Assembly (NCBI GenBank): GCA_035221665.1
Contig: CM069139.1
Coordinates: forward strand, 71,362,001-71,426,000
Direction of reading: 5' to 3'
DNA length: 64,000 nt
Origin: Okamejei kenojei
Lineage: Eukaryota
Position numbers and translations under genes: made by a program. Positions within the stretch are counted from its first letter, which is position 1. Each line of letters opens with the position of its first letter. Positions 25,658 to 37,467 of the stretch are shown here, piece by piece. The notes under the pieces are model-generated. The model had not been told where the DNA came from. It made no database searches and was given only the letters and a program-made list of their open reading frames with translations.

Positions 25658-26035
25658 AAAATTAAGATCATGTTTAACCATGAAATTAACTGCAAAGGGT
25701 GAACAGATCGAGTATAAATAAGATGTTGGGTAGGAAATTTTTCAGCAAGTTACAATTGCCAGAGGATGGATGGTCAGATTTAAATTGGAATAATCGCTTA
25801 ACACTGATGAGTTCAGTTTAGTTTGTCACCTGTACCGAGGTACAGTGAAAAGCTTTTGTTGTGTGCTATCCTGTCATCAGAAAGACAATGCATGATTACA
25901 ATCGAGCCATGTATAGATACATGACAACGGAATAACATTTAGTGCAAGGTAAAGCCAGCAAAGTTCGATCAAGGATAGCCCAAGGGTCACCAATAAGGAA
26001 GATTTCAGCAGCAGGTGATATGTGACTGGAACAGG

Positions 26036-27677
26036 TGATCTGACCTGCCATGTTCTCTATGGTCATGTACCTTGGTTGATGGACACAAACTCCACCTGAG
26101 CATTAAAGGGATACCAGAAGAGGCAGCTAGAGGTCAAAGTAGTTGCAGTGTAAATAGATGAGCTATGATTGAATGGTGGAGTAGACTCGATGGGCTGAAT
26201 GGCCTAATTTTACTCCTGTCTTATGGTCTTATAAAATGGGTGGAGCCAAGTTCCTGCTTTTATATAGTCATCGCGCCTGTCCCAAGACCAAGTTAGCCAA
26301 CCATTACTATTCCTGCTGCAGATTCAATGCAGATGGCCCTCACTACTTAAACCCAAAATAGTCACCCATCAAACTATGCAAATGTTGCAATGGGGAATAC
26401 TGCCTAGACATTATTTATGGACTGCAATAAGGCTGTGAAGAGTAACTTCTCCCATGTAGCTGAAGCACTGCACCACAGCAGACGGTGTTGCAGTTAAATT
26501 AGGTTGCTACTGTGGCTTTTAATCATAATGGGGACTCTTCACATGAATTGTCAGGAAGAAGCAACACAAGTCATTGACTGAACAGCAACATGTTGCTCTG
26601 TATTGATAATTTCAGAAGTTTGAAAATGTTCACACAAATGTTGTATTGTACATGAAGCCCACGCTATTTCAGGAAGCTGCCGAATACATTGTGTTGGGAA
26701 CAACTTCTATGCAAAAGATGATTCCATCATGCGACCCGTGGATTGTGTACAATTTATTTCCATTCCATTTTCAGCTCTGTCAGCCTTTGGGACTCAACTG
26801 ACATCATTTATTTTCCCAGAACGATTCCAAGCATGGAATAATTATCAATACGATGGTGCTGGATAATGGGCAGGGAATGATAACGTCCAATTAAATTAAC
26901 CCCATTCAACCCAGTAGCAGACACCACTTTTGTGTTGCCTGCTCATTATTGTGATTCTGTGTTGCAGAGGTAATCATGGTGTTAAGCAATTGACAACACC
27001 ATAACATATCATCATTGCTGATTAATGAGCGGGATAAGTTGAACACCAAATGCAATTTGCTCACGCAGTCTCAGTGCAAGACAGTTGGCTCCATACTTTG
27101 CTGCTGTGGTTTACAGGCAACGTTGGAACACCACATACGAGTGCACACTAATAGCATGTGTTCAAGCCTAACAGCAGGGACACAATACACAATTCAGCCT
27201 GGTATTTCACCATCTAGTGTACGAGGAGGATACAAGATCATGCAAGTAATTTGCCAATACTTTTTCTTCATCGCTGTAACACTTAATTTTTTCATTGCTG
27301 CTCGTTGAAGCTTGCTGTGTGTAAATAATACTTTGTTGTGTCTACTGTCCTGCTTTAGAGTTGTGACCATGCTTCAAAACACTTTCATAAATTGTCAATT
27401 ATTTTTGGACATCCCACGATCCTGAAAGTTTGCTTTAAGTCACGCCTCACTTTCTTCTTACATCCCGAGTCAGAGAAACAAAGTCGAAAATCTGTTCATT
27501 TGCTAACAAACATGGCCGGATTTTGTTGCCTCATAGCAAATTTTCTCCTCTTCTAGAATGCACTGCGATACAATACAACAGTAACCACCTCTCATCTGGT
27601 ATCCCTTTAATGCACAGGTGGAGTTTGTGACCGTCAACCAAGGTACATGACCACAGAGAACATGGCAGGTCAGATCA
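26036..27677. repeat. 83-bp inverted repeat pair (26036-26118 and 27595-27677)
   Basis: 79 of 83 positions identical in reverse complement by manual comparison. Confidence 0.9.
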
Positions 27678-28509
27678 GGTCAAACATCAGGAGAGGAAAT
27701 GGGTAATTTCTAGTGTCCTACTCATTTATTGATTTTATTAACGTGTTCAGATCTACTAACACTGACAGAATATTTTCAGATGAATGATAGTCAACTCAGA
27801 ACCAGGCAGAAATTACTTCATTTACCTGGATTATAATGAAAAGAAAACGTCAATTACTTATTTTAATCATTTGATCACTCTGGTCATGGCAACAGTAAGA
27901 ATATACTGACTTTTTGCTGATGTATCATCTCACACCAACGTTTTTACGGTCATACCATTTCACATCAATAGGAGTACCTCAAATCACTTCATAAAATAAA
28001 TGCCAGGATATGATTATACAGAAAAACAAGAACATTGGAAACCAGTTGAGCAAACTACTCCGAGGACGCCTCTTTTTAACATTCGATTTTAACACTAAAA
28101 GCAACATCGGGAGAAAGGATTTTTTTTTTGTTTCTTCTTCCCTAAATGCTGGTGAAATACTCATCTAGTTGAACAATTTCTGTTTTCATTTCATGTATTC
28201 AAATTCTATTTTACTATTAGTATTGTATTACATGCTGTTGGCAAACTCACATGACCCAGAAGCCACAGACTCATCAGCTAATCAAATAAGCCACTGGCAA
28301 ATGTTAAGTGTGCAGCAAGCAATTCTCTATTGGGTGGGGGGCTCTGCTTATAGTAGTGATCTAAAACCCAGTTAAATGTCGACAGTTGCAGCATCACAGA
28401 CAGGTACTCAGTCTATATAATTTCCAAGGTATAGAAAGGACAGGATAATGTAAAACGACTATATTAAAAAGGAGGAAAGAAGGACTTCAGGGAATTTGAA
28501 ATCAATAAA

Positions 28510-28782
28510 TGTGAAGTTATGCTCGCGAATAAGCAAACCACGCTTGGTGAATCAAATAGATCTTTATTGTTGAAGCAAAGAGAACAAGACACACGCAAAA
28601 GGGGGAAGGTTGCCCCGGGGCTCAATACTTATACTAGGGCATACCCCTAAACCTCGTGACAACTCCTTCCCGCCATTACCCAGTCACGTGACCCTACACC
28701 CGACTGCCGAGGATTCGCATAGTAAGTGGCCGAAGCAACAGGTGATGCCACAGGACTCCCCCAGAACCGGAGGCACGAAACC
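28510..28782 (-). mobile_element. 3' LTR (28510-28752) and PPT of an LTR retrotransposon, probably Gypsy-type, running into an assembly gap
   Basis: TGTG...CACA termini; minus-strand TATAAG then AATAAA; GGGGGAG purine tract just upstream of the LTR. Confidence 0.7.
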
Positions 28783-28964
28783 NNNNNNNNNNNNNNNNNN
28801 NNNNNNNNNNNNNNNNNNNNNNNNNNNNNNNNNNNNNNNNNNNNNNNNNNNNNNNNNNNNNNNNNNNNNNNNNNNNNNNNNNNNNNNNNNNNNNNNNNNN
28901 NNNNNNNNNNNNNNNNNNNNNNNNNNNNNNNNNNNNNNNNNNNNNNNNNNNNNNNNNNNNNNNN
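28783..28964. other. Assembly gap (182 N)
   Basis: Run of n. Confidence 1.
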
Positions 28965-29051
28965 TCAGCTATACACAGGTGCAAACATACCAATACATGC
29001 ATATTATACAAAAAAAATATTATCAAGAAAACCAGAAATATATCAACTCAC

Positions 29052-29158
29052 AAGCGTTGTATCCTGGAGACGATAGTTGTGAATGCTGCTTGTATATCAG
29101 CTGAAGAACACGTGCACACAATAGGGAGGTTGTGTTTCTGTAGTAACTCGGAGACGTA
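29052..29158 (-). CDS. PACS2: PACS2 exon [35 protein letters not shown](F)
   Basis: ttacag acceptor, gtgagt donor; 107 nt, phase 0-2. Confidence 0.95.
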
Positions 29159-29827
29159 CTGTAAGGCAGTAAAGTATCATAGAATATTAAGTTTCAGTTT
29201 CAATTTGGAGAGTTCTTCAGTGGCGTCAAGATGGAGCTGATGGAAACTTGACAAAAAGGTAGATTCCTTTCCAACCAGTAGCTATGAGGAGCTTATAGAG
29301 CAGGACATCTGCTTCTCATTGAGGGATTTAAAAAAAAAGCCAACGCCTGTAATGTTACATTTTAATGTTCAATCCTGGAGATGTTCAGAATGAATCATGC
29401 AGTGTGGGATTGGAGTTACACATAGGCCAGGCAGGGGATAGATTCCTCTTCAGCTTTTCCTTGTGGCCATTTTATCAGATTCTGGTCAACAAATTGATAC
29501 TTTGAGTTTGGAGCTGTAATTCTTTAGGTTACTAAGTCTTTCTCTATACCTTGAAACAACAGTCATGTTGGTTAATAAAGGTGATAATAGGGAAGTACAA
29601 AAGCAAGTAAACCAAGCCTGTCCATTTGATAAATAGCTAAGATCACCACCTCTTTAACCACAGAAACCAGGAAATCCTAGGTTTAATCTCCCACTTTGGC
29701 AATTTTTATGGATTTTAGATTTTGGTTACAATCCACTGTTCCTTGCTGAATCCACTGTTCCTTGCTGAAAGATGTGGAGAAAACAATAGGCTCATAACTC
29801 AGTAACAGTGTTAAGTAATCAGTAGTC

Positions 29828-29960
29828 AGTCTGAAGAAGGGTCTCGAACCCGAAACGTTGCCTATTTCCTTCGCTCCATAGATGCGGCCTCACCCGCTGA
29901 GTTTCTCCAGCATTTTTGTCTACCTTCTATTTTCCAGCATCTGCAGTTCCCTCTTAAACA
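29828..29960 (+). mobile_element. PLE terminal fragment with hammerhead-like core at 29831-29859
   Basis: CTGAAGAAGGGTCTCGAACCCGAAACGTT followed by the family terminus. Confidence 0.7.
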
Positions 29961-30464
29961 GTGTGTAGTCAGATTGCTTTACAACACCTGCAGGTGACCT
30001 GGACAAGCTGCTAGAGGAAATGGTTCACCAAATGAGTCGGTGTATTCAGGCCAGACAATTAATGGACTGCAGGCATTAATTAGTATAGAGGCAGGGAGTT
30101 GGCAGATTGATTGATCCAATGGGAGTGTGCAGACCATTGATTAGTTCAAGATAGACACATTACTTTAAGTCTCACAAGTCATTAAATTGGAAATAGATTG
30201 ACCTTTCGCAAATCTAAAGATAAAACCTGGCATTTGCACAGTGGCTTTCATTACAGCGGAACATCCCAAAGCACTTTATAGCCAATGCAGATGTTCTGAA
30301 GTGTGGTCACAGCACAGTCATGATGCATGAAACATGTTAATCACCTGCACACTGTAATCTTCCAAGCACTGTAATCGGCAGCTTTTGGTGTTAGATGAGG
30401 AATAAATGTTGGCCAAGAAACTGAGAGGAATTCTCGGTCATCTTCAAGTGCTACTGCAAAGATG

Positions 30465-31222
30465 TACCATCCAAATGGTGGTGGGTGCATGGAACGAGTA
30501 GCCAGAGGAGGTAGTTGAGGCAGGTACTATCGTAATATTTAAGAAACATCTAGACAGGTACTTGGATAGTTCATAAGTTCTTAAGTAATAGGAGTAGAAT
30601 TAGGCCATTCAGCCCATCAAGTCTACTCCCCCATTCAATCATGGCTGATCTATCTCTCCCTCCTAACCCCATTCTCCTGCCTTCTCCCTTTTATCTCTGA
30701 CACCCATACTAATCAAGATTCTATCTATCTCTGCCTTAAAAATATCTATTGACTTGGCCTCCACAGCCTTCTGTGGATAGAGCAGGTTCAGAGGGATATA
30801 GGCCAAACCTAGCCATGTGGGACGAGTGTAGGTGGGACATGTTGGTCTGTGTGGGCAAGGTGGGTTGAAGGGCCTATTTTCACGCTGTAAGTCTGTTTTG
30901 CACAATAGGAATAGGTGACGTTTTGGGTCAAGACCCTTCTTCAGATTGAGAGTCAGGGGTGGGGGAAAACTAGAGGTACTGTATGAAAAGGTTCACAATC
31001 ACAGAGGGGGAACAGTGAGAGGGTGTTGTGGAACCCGGCAGGGAAATGAGAACCTCTTCAAAGTAGACGTGCCTTGAGGAGATTTTGCAGTGGAGCAGAC
31101 AAAATGTGCAGGAAGGAACCCGAAACATAACCTTTTCTCCAGAGATGCTGACCCGCTGAGTTACTCCAGCATTTTGTGTCCATCTTCAATGTAAACCTGC
31201 ATGTGCAGTTCATTCCTACACA
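30465..31222. mobile_element. Nested CR1 tails (plus-strand copy interrupted by a minus-strand copy) followed by a PLE fold-back element
   Basis: CR1 motifs; tggatag repeated around the inner insert; PLE termini at ~30905-30950 and ~31130-31220. Confidence 0.7.
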
Positions 31223-31363
31223 TTTTACACTATGTCCAATTGATCAACAAACAATTTAATATATGGCAACTCTGGCAATGTAGCACTCCCCTTTGCTGCA
31301 TATTCTTCAGAACAGCAACGTTGGAAAATACAGCAGAAACATACTCTCCACATTGTTACATAC

Positions 31364-31468
31364 CTGTCCCTGCCAGTCTGATGTATTGATCAAAATTATG
31401 TTTTCCGGCAACTGCTCATCTGAAATCAGGATGTGATTTAACTGGTCATAAACTGTTTTCCGGGGGAT
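31364..31468 (-). CDS. PACS2: PACS2 exon [35 protein letters not shown]
   Basis: ccgcag acceptor, gtatgt donor; 105 nt, phase 0-0. Confidence 0.96.
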
Positions 31469-31789
31469 CTGCGGCACAAACAGAAAATACAAACACTGAA
31501 ATGCAAACATGCTCATAGTCTGATTTGCAAGACGGAGCCAAAAATCACTCCATTTGATTTGTCATTTCACAAATAATTATTTAATGTACCAAGGAGGTTC
31601 ACAAACTAGTTAACATTGGAACAGGCCAACCAACCCTCTCTCCATTGCACCATGAAATGACATGGACGATTAGTATCTTAACTTCTTTCGCCTATGCGAG
31701 TTGCATATCCTTTATATGCTTGGAAAGCAACAATCTCAGTTTCAGTTTTAAATGCATTAAAATTTAAGCCCCATTGATCCAACTTGACC

Positions 31790-33680
31790 AGCTGACCAAG
31801 TTGTCTCCATGAGTTAGACCGATTTGCCAGTTTTGGGCCATATCCTTATCCCACATCAAAACTAAACTAAATATCCTTCTAAAAGTTTTCTAGCCATGCA
31901 CTTGTCCAAATATCTTTTAAAGAATGCCTCTATCACTTCCTCTGGCAACTTATTCTATATACTCACCACCCAATGTATGAAATAGTTGCCTCTTTGGTCC
32001 CTTTTAAATCTTTTCCAACTCATCTTAAATCTATGACCTTGAGTTTTAGACAGTCCTACCTTGGGACTAGACAATGATCATCCTCCTTATTTATGCCTCA
32101 CATGATTTTATACACCTCTATAAGGTCACTCCACAACAAACTGCACTCCCATGAAAAAAGAACCAGCCAATCCAGCCTTCCCTCATACTGTAACTCAAGC
32201 TCTCCAATCCCGATGACATCCTCAAATCTTATCTGCACCGTTTCCAGCTTAATGATATCCTTCCTATTGTGGAGTGACCAAAACTGCATAGAATATTTCA
32301 AGGGTGGTCTCACCAACTTTTGTACAGTTGTCCCAATTACTGTACTCAATGCACTGACTGATAAAAGCAAGTATGGCAAATATATTTTTCACTAACATGT
32401 TTATTAATGTTCTCACTTGTGGGAACAATGTACCGCAAAGTGTCTCTGTTCTACACTCTACAATACCGTACCCATTTATTGTGGAAATCCTGCCCAAGTT
32501 TAACTTGCTAAAATGCAACCTTTGGCACTTGTCTCACTGAAACGCCATCTACAATCCATGGCCCACTTCCACAGTTACCATAGATCTGGGTGAAATCTTA
32601 GACAAGCTTCCTCACTGTCCACTATACCACCAATTGTGGTGTAGTCTGCAAAGTTTCTGACCATGCCAATGTCAATGTAGCTAACAAACAACAGTGGGTT
32701 CAGCACATCACTTGTGATAGGTCCAACTGTCTCCCATCTATTCCAATTAGTCTGAAGGATCCCGACCCCAAAACCTCATCTGTACATTCCCTCCACTGAT
32801 GCCGCCTGACCCGTTAAGTTCCATCAGCACTTTGTATTTTGCTCAAGATTCCAGCATCTGCAATTTCTTGTGTCTCTGCTTGTTATAGCCCTCTAGTCTG
32901 AAAAACAACCCTTTACCACCACCCTCTGCTACCCACCTTCAATACAATTTTGGATCCAATTGGCCACCTGACCCTGGGACCCATGTGATCTATCTTCTGG
33001 ACCAGCCTACAGCACACTACCTTGTCAAAGGCCTTGCTTAAAGTCCATGCACTGCTCTCAATCTTTTTGGTCAGTTCTTCAAAAAACTCAATTAAATCCG
33101 TGAGACGGGAGTTCCCACATACAAAACCATGCTGATTATTTCTAATCAGTCCTTGTCTTTCTAAATGCAGATAGATCCTGTCTCTCCGAATCCCCTGGAA
33201 TAACTTTCCTACCACTGATGTCAGGCTCAGTGACCAAGAGTTCTCTGGTTTGTCTTTACAGCCCTACTTTAATAAAGGCCATAGGCCTTGTCATCTGCCA
33301 TCCTCCAGTCTTCCAGTACCTCACCTGTGGCTAACGATAATACAAGTGTCTCTGCCAGGCCCCCAGCAAATTTTCCCAGGCTTCCCGTGACATCCCAGGA
33401 TACACTTGGTCATGCCCCAGGGATTTATACACCTTTATGTGCTTTAAAATCGCCAGTACCTCCTCTATTGCCAAATGGATATGTTTTCTTCCCCGAGTTC
33501 CTTAGCTACCATGACCTAGTTGACAATTAATGCAGAACCATAAATATTAATTTAAGACTTTGCCCATCTCCTGGGACTTTATACATAGACACTTTTATCT
33601 TTCAGGGACCCTATTCTGTCCCTAGTTACCTTTTCCTCTTACTGTTCTTATAGAATCTTCGGATTCTTCTTAACCTTACC
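31790..33680 (-). mobile_element. Long decayed CR1 ORF2 fragment with a PLE terminus inserted at ~32745-32875
   Basis: NQHGFVCGNSRLTDLIEFFE, SKAFDKV, LVRPPLKYSMQFWS remnants. Confidence 0.88.
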
Positions 33681-34689
33681 TACCAAATTGATCTCATGTC
33701 CTCTTTTTGCCCTTTTGCCTTTCTTTGCATGAAGACTTTTATACTTCTAACTTTATGGTTATGCCCCATAGTTTTGGTTCTGTCAAAAGCAGAAACAATT
33801 TATTCTACCAAATCCTCAAAACTAATTAATTACCTCTTAGCTCAATATGTTGCAAGACCGGTTAGTGTAACTTTTCAACATCTTCTAATCTGTTGACCTT
33901 TATCTTTTAAACATTTTTGTAAATCCGTGCTGGATTTCATCATCACCAATATATCCATTTTAAAGTGTAGTGATAATACTGCACACACAATACCACAGAT
34001 GTAATCTAATCTATGCTTTGTATAGTAAAACCGTTCCCTTTTATGTAATAGGTTAACATTCTATTTGGCTAATTTTCCTTGGGACATTGGAGACCATTCA
34101 TCCTCGAGTCTACGTTGATTCACAGAACATTCCCACACCTCGATTATTTTTTTCCTCCACCCAATTATCTCACATTCATCATTTCTCCCATCCAGCTACA
34201 AAGGAGGCCAATTAACCTACAAACATGCACGTGTTTAGAGCATGGAAGGAAACTGAAGTACACAGACAAAACCTATGTAGTCACAGGAAGAATATGCAAA
34301 GTACTACAGGTCAGGACTGAACCTGGGGGTTGCTGGAACGGTGCAAGGCCACAGATGTATATGCTATGCCAATTAGCTACTCTACATTTATTTGTTGCTG
34401 AATGTTAAAAGAAGATCCAGTCCCTCCTAAGTCTCTTCGGATCTCCACTGCTTCGAGGCTTTCAACAATTAAGTAATGCATTTTTTGTTGGCTTTAATTT
34501 TGTAGCCATTATTTTTGGCTACATCTGATACAGCCATTTCTCATCCACAATCTATCAATGCCTTTTTATAATGTTATGTTCCCAACTACACTTTTTCTAC
34601 CAACCAGTGTGCAACTGGTGCCTTTAGATAATGGAGCTCATCATTAATGTAATAGCTGAGGCACAATCACAGACCTTTCTCCGGAACGC

Positions 34690-35302
34690 CCTTAAAGTGG
34701 CATTGCAACAGTAGACAGAGTGATAAAGAAGGCATATGGTATGCTTGCTTTCATTGATCGGGGCACTGAGTATAAGTGTCAGGAAGTCATGATGCAGGTT
34801 TATAGGACTGCATTTGGAATATTGCGTACATTTCTGGTAGATGTGGAGCCTTTAGAAAGGGTGCAGAGGAGGTTTACCAGAAATATGTCTGGGTTTAGGG
34901 GGTATCAGCTACAAGGAGAGGTTGGACATACTTGGATAGTTTTCTCTGGAATGCTAGAGGCTGAAGGGAGACCAGATACAAGTATATAAAATGATGAGAG
35001 GCATAGATACCTTAATCCTGAGGGTGGAAATGTCAAAGACTAGAGGGATTAGCTTTAAGATGAGAAAGGCAACATTTAAAGGAGATGGGTGGAGGATGGT
35101 GGGTGTCTGGAACATGTTGCTGGGGGTGGTGGTGGAGACAGACACAATAGCGGCATTTAATATGCTTTTAAATGTGCCAATGGATATGCAGGGGATGCAG
35201 AGATATGGATTATGTGCAGACAGATAAGATCTTGACAACACGATCAATACCGACATTGTGAGCCGAAGGGTCTGGTCCTCCGCTGTACTGTTCTATGTTC
35301 TA
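34690..35302 (+). mobile_element. CR1 LINE 3' fragment
   Basis: KKAYGMLAFIDRG, LERVQRRFTR, RMVGVWN; tctatgt tail. Confidence 0.88.
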
Positions 35303-36284
35303 TATATGATGTAGTGACCACATTGCTTCAATTTTTGTCCATACCTTATATGTCTAATCTTATCCCACTTAGCCAATCTCCGAACCAGGTCAATAACTTG
35401 TCTTCATTTTCAGGCCCTTTAATTTTAGCTAACGGTCTCTTATGCTGAGTATATTTAAGATCTCATAACCAGTCGTCTTGCTACATGAAAGGGCACACAG
35501 TGAACAATGGCTATGTTATTCCCTCCATTGCAATAGTGATTACACTGTTAGCAGCATTAGTTGCAAAATGTTTTGAAATTTCCAACAGTTAGGAAATAGA
35601 CAAGATTTATTTCATGTGTTAAAGAAGGAACTGCAGATGCTGGAGAATCGAGGGTTAGATTTATTTCATTGCTTCTTGAAAAGATGCAATTAGATTTAAG
35701 AGTGAACTGCTCATTCTTTAATTACTATTCTTAACTACACACACTAATAATTTCCCCACAAAGGTTATTCAGCAGGAGTATATGTTCCCTAGTTTTCCAC
35801 TCATATTTTTAAATCTGTCTCATACTTTAAAAAAGTACCATTTACCATGCTAGAGGGACAATTTCTGGTTCAAAAATGCTGTGGAAGCTAATTGCTAAAA
35901 GAGCTTTAATTTCCTCCTTTGCTTTCTTTAGAATCTGGCAACAGAAACAATCAAATTCCCCATGAACTAGTTACCCTCCGAGGCTATATATTTTTTTCTA
36001 ATACTGTTCACCGGCTTACGTTAACATCAGTGAGTTCCAGTTTTTGATTCATTATTAATTTCCCCAAGAATATCACTGACGTTCCATCTTTAGATCATCA
36101 ACCAAAACAGGCTCATTTATCATTACAAAATAGGATATGATCTGTCCTTATGTTGCTTCCTGAATAAAATATTAAATCAAATATGACCATAATGTTGGCT
36201 CTAAAAAATATTATAGAATTATAGAATTAGATATTTTTATAATACATCCCAAAAGCAATTAGAAATACAATCTAAGTTGATTAC

Positions 36285-36317
36285 CTTTCTGTGTAAAGCT
36301 ACTCCACTGTGACGGAT
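36285..36317 (-). CDS. Candidate alternative PACS2 microexon IRHSGVALHRK
   Basis: 33 nt, open in phase 0-0 like its host intron; tttcattttcaaatag acceptor, AAG|gtaatc donor. No homology support. Confidence 0.35.
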
Positions 36318-37419
36318 CTATTTGAAAATGAAAGTCCCTTGTTAAAATAATTTTCTTCCAAACCTCTCTAATCTCTGAATCAATAGGATTCTATCTTTTT
36401 GTTGTTACTTGGAATTGGAGGCAATTATAATAGTGGTATTTAAGAGACTTTTGGATAGGCACATGGATATGCAGGGAATGGAAGGATATGGCTCGCGTAC
36501 ATGCAGAGGGATTAGTTTAACCTGACATGTTTAGCATGGAAATTGTGGGCCGAAGGGCCTGTTTCTCAGTTTTCATGTTCTCCGTTCCATCAGGAGACCT
36601 GTGCACAACTCCTAGTACAATTTTAAGACCTGCCTTTCCTCAGTTTGAACTAATGACGCACTGAATGCTACCTTCACTTAACTACATTTTTCATTCCAAA
36701 TGTTAAAGTGTCTTTAAATGAGAAAAGCCTAATAGAAAAGATAACGAAAACTGAACAAGCATGTCATTTGTCAGGTTTGTTGCAAAGTGGAAAATCAACA
36801 TTTCGAATGCAGATTTTTCATCAGAATAATTACAGACAAAGCAATGAATCACTGCTTCAAACAGTAATTTATAAGAGTTACATTTATCAACTTTACTTGA
36901 AGTTTAACTTTTCATTCCAAAACTATACCCAAGCCACTTTATACACATTTCAGAAATGGGTTGTAAATTTTTATTCCAAGTTTGAAGAAACCCGCTTCCT
37001 CCTATTCTTGGAGAATTTAAAAGCCAATTGGTATTTTGACACTCATCATTGAACCTCATCACTGCAGTAATTCAGCGTATACACATTGTGGCTACTGATT
37101 ATTACCTCTCTCACATGTGCAGATTGGAAGGTGGGAGGGATGGGGGGGGGGGGTGAATTTAAATTAGTTCCAAGTAAGAGGAGACAGACACCAAATTTAA
37201 AAAGCAGCAGGATCTGAGTTAAGTTCTTGCTTTACATCATTTGGATTGCTAGAAATGAGCCTAATGGCCTAATGCTATGTTTTAACAAAAAGCTGTAAGT
37301 GAGTAGACACAGATTTAAAACATTCCTAATTTTCTGCTTTGCCAGACCTAAAAATTATTTCCACTTGCGCAAATCTTTAAGTAACACACATGCAGATAAT
37401 GACGTCACCGCTCACTTAC

Positions 37420-37467
37420 TTGAGTGAATGCGGCTCTCTTCACGCTGTGCAGCAATGTCAAAGTGCC
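37420..37467 (-). CDS. Candidate alternative PACS2 cassette exon GTLTLLHSVKRAAFTQ
   Basis: 48 nt, open in phase 0-0; branch-like tgctaac, pyrimidine tract and caaag acceptor; gtaagt donor; downstream TGCATG. No homology support. Confidence 0.5.

Noticed and set aside
28610-29104. ORFs spanning the N run
   Set aside because: Artefacts of reading through the assembly gap.
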